Made by a program: the position numbers and the translations under genes. 64,000 bases of DNA, from positions 35,030,001-35,094,000 of the forward strand of contig OZ249437.1 of NCBI GenBank assembly GCA_965235115.1, written 5' to 3'. This document shows positions 60,761 through 64,000 of the stretch, piece by piece; positions within the stretch are counted from its first letter, which is position 1; every line of letters starts with the position of its first letter. The notes under the pieces are model-generated. The model worked only from the letters and a program-made list of their open reading frames with translations, was not told the DNA's origin and did no database searches. This DNA comes from Laetmonice hystrix (lineage: Eukaryota).

Positions 60761-63700
60761 CTTTCGTTATTTGCAGTGCAACTTCTGCAACTTATAAAAA
60801 ATGACATTAATTTGGTGACCTCTTTATGATCTGAAGCACGGCCAAGTATTGTTAGCAGTACAAAAGCAATAGGTCGCTGACATATTTCGTTTCCTTCCCC
60901 CTTTATATTTTAATTTCGTTCGGCGACTGGTACTGACGGTTTTCGTTTTCAATGCTTATAATAAAGTCGGGCATAAAGACATAGACCTGCGTAAACTAAC
61001 AACGCTTAGAGTTAGACTGGCGTTGTGTGCGTGTGTGTGGACGGAACAGGGTTACAAGGGTATACTACATTATCTTGATGGTTTTAAAACATTTTAATAG
61101 TAGTACAAAGCTTGGTACTATACATTTATTGGAGGGATCGAGTGGACCGTAGGGGGAAGACTGTTTGATTGTCACATGGCGGCATTTCAGACATGAGAGT
61201 AAACATGAAGTCCACTAATAAACTGGAGGTTTTCTTTTATGTTAAAAGTTGGTTAAAGGTTGTAGATCATGTCGTTCACTGGTATAAGGCCTAACGAGCC
61301 AGGTCCTGAATGTATACACTCTGAATTATGTTTAAAGGTAAGTTGTTGATTTTTTTCTATACCTTGAGGCACGATATTTGAAGGAACTCCAAAAATCCTT
61401 ATACAACACGACCAAGTATAGTGAGCCATGCAAAACCAATGGGTGCATGATATATTTCGTTTCCTTCACCGCCGCATGATTCTATTTTCGCTGGGCGACT
61501 GGTAAACCGTATAGACTATAAAATAGATATTTGCTGTTCATGCAATAAACACGAAATAGGCCACCATATTGTACGACCTGTATCGGTATAATACACATGT
61601 ATCATGCATGTAAAATCTTGCGCCGACACCTGTGCAACTCATATTCATGTGACAAACTCATGGCCTTAGGCGCATTTACAAATTAGATTTCTTTGTTTAT
61701 AAACCAGCCCCAGAAGTAAAGACATTTTGACAGCGACATCTTCCCGCTGCATGGGCCCAGAGGCTATAGGTGACCGTTTCTATGTACCGTCACCTGCATA
61801 CTTGGGTCAGAAGACATGTCAGAATGGTGGATCGTAGACCTACTATGACTGTACGTCACCCCCCCCACCCCCCCCCCCCCCGCCAGATTGAGGGAGATAT
61901 GAAAATCAATAAAGTCCCTATAAACTCAAAGGGATAGGCCGAAGGATGAATTCTATAGATTTCGGAAACTCGACGCTGATATTCCCTTAGATGATACGTC
62001 ACATTAATCTGGAAGCGTTATAAGAGGCTGTCATTGTCAAACTTTTCAACCCGGATTGTCTCCAATATACGCTATAGCTGCCACTCCCTTTCTTGCTGTG
62101 CCCTCTATATCTCGTCCTCACTGACCTGACATGATGCATGCGTTATGTATGTCCACATAGATCTGTTCAGCGTGGTAGGTATAGTCCTATATATCGTTAA
62201 AACATATAAAGGGTATATATTGTGCCCTATTTTTCCAGGCACAGCGGGGTTGGGACTCACGGTATAACAATATCTATCGTTTTTGGAGTGATACTTTGCA
62301 GAGTGATAGCAGCCCATCTGTACTGTAGTGATAATTTTAAGGACACTCCCCCTCTCCCTGGTCGTCTTTCGCCGTGTGACTCCTCAGCACGCATATAGGC
62401 CTACACTATATGATGTCGGCCCAAGAGACAGATTATACCCTGAACCGACAATACAAACAGACCTGACAAAGCATAACACTCTGAAAGTCTTGGACTGTGT
62501 CAGTGTGAGCGCTAACATTAGCGGTAGGAGTACCTAAACACACGACACGACCTATACCAAGTTACCAACATACCGGTTAGAGTTCTCCTTCGTTTGGCAG
62601 CCAGCTTTCTCCAGTATTCCTTGTCTTTATGACCTCAGATGACCAGGTAAAAGTCAAATCTACCCTCCGTTAAGGCCACCTTCAGGTGGGCGCTTTAAAT
62701 CGACATCGAGGACGACGAGGCGAGAAATGACGCGAATTGTCTGCCGAGGCGCGGTGACCCTTGGCGGTCACGGGTTGCCGCGCTCAACGTAACGCACGCC
62801 ACGAGAATGTCATCATGGCATGCATGTTTGTAGGAAAAATAATCAGTATGATGCCGCGTCTTTACTTAGAGAATCATTCGTAAACTCAGGTCAGGCCATC
62901 TTGAGATTTATGCCATATTTTGACTTCAAAAACGAGTTGGAGAAATTACGACATCGTTTCAAGGCAGACGAGGCCCTCCAGGATGACGGGCTCCCATGAT
63001 TTCATCGGAAGTTGCTTGTCCGGGACGACACATTCTGGGGAAATTTTGGACGGAGACGGAACTGGATGTAAAGATACATGACTCAAAGACAGTTCATTTT
63101 GGTGTCAGGGCAATTTCAATTTTCAGCAATTTGATTCAACTTTAATTTGTTACCAAATTCAGGATCGGCTTACACTTAAATAGACCAATACAGTTTTACA
63201 TTTAAAAGGGTCTTTATTACAAAATGTTACAAAAACTGGGAGATGTCAGGAGGGAACCTAATAGGGTCAGGGTTAGTCTTTACACCAATACGTTTCTTCA
63301 ACAGGTTGAGAACTTTTCTTTATGGACCACTCTATAGAAGACCATTTTACAACGCCACACTTCTGTTCAACGAAAAGTGGAAAATTACACCGAGTTGGCG
63401 AAACCTGTCATTGCGTTTGCGCTTAGTTGTCACAAAGGGGTTTGCTCTCATAACTGTAAATCAGGATCATTCATAACTGATTGCATTTTTATGGCCAAGT
63501 AAGAATAACAGATATAGGGTGGGCATAAAAAAACTTGTCGAGTATCACGGTCATTTACTGTAACAGTATTACACTATGCCATTTACTACAATGTAAGGGG
63601 AGAAATATTGGTGTGTCATGTGGCACAAAAACAGACAAATGCACCCTTAAATCAATCACTTTTCCCGTTTTATTACCTTTTCAACCTCTCCGTCAACTTG

Positions 63701-64000
63701 CAACAATAGAACCCCGAACGTTTCATAAACATTTTTCTATGAAAGCTTACAACAGAACAAAACAAGCACAAATACTTTTCCACGGGTCACGGGTTGTATC
63801 CATTTTACACAGTATCATATCGTGTAAGGCCTTGTTGTTGTAAAGATTTAAAGATCGGTGGCATATTGGTTCTGTGCAACGAGGTTTAAATGTTTCCGGA
63901 TGCTCTGTTAACTTGGCCACCCGCTCGCCTAACCAGGCGGTAGACAGTCGCTGTTTGTGAAACGGTCCCTTGCGCCCCAAAACGCGGTGGGACTGGGTGG

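Noticed and set aside
1-64000. Hammerhead ribozyme cores (CTGATGA...GAAA)
   Set aside because: CTGATGA occurs (e.g. near 24190, 34486, 50324, 59465) but I saw no flanking stems; an Infernal/RNAMotif search would be needed to exclude ribozymes properly.

Overview
Animal (invertebrate-like) genomic DNA with spliceosomal introns, two N gaps (11142-11288, 57619-57774) and many repeats. Two genes are well supported. One is a single-exon rhodopsin-family GPCR (46302-47357, +) with degenerate activation motifs. The other is a 9-exon EAAT-type SLC1A glutamate/aspartate transporter (54620-60760, -; 541 aa, all splice phases compatible). A third multi-exon gene of unrecognised family is reconstructed on the - strand at 1794-5718, and weaker exon candidates lie between 8 and 44 kb. 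The most striking structure is three minisatellites that each amplify an exon-intron junction: about 43 copies of an acceptor+ATG+short ORF at 5.7-8.4 kb, and 7 and 6 copies of SLC1A donor sites. Also notable are a head-to-tail stack of Helitron/Helentron-like elements in an (ATT)n tract at 34.0-39.2 kb (72-bp minimal units, 147-bp subrepeats, duplicated tRNA-like segments), several MITEs and HINE-like elements, and roughly 20-fold enrichment of the palindrome TAGGCCTA. All calls are by eye; no database searches were run.
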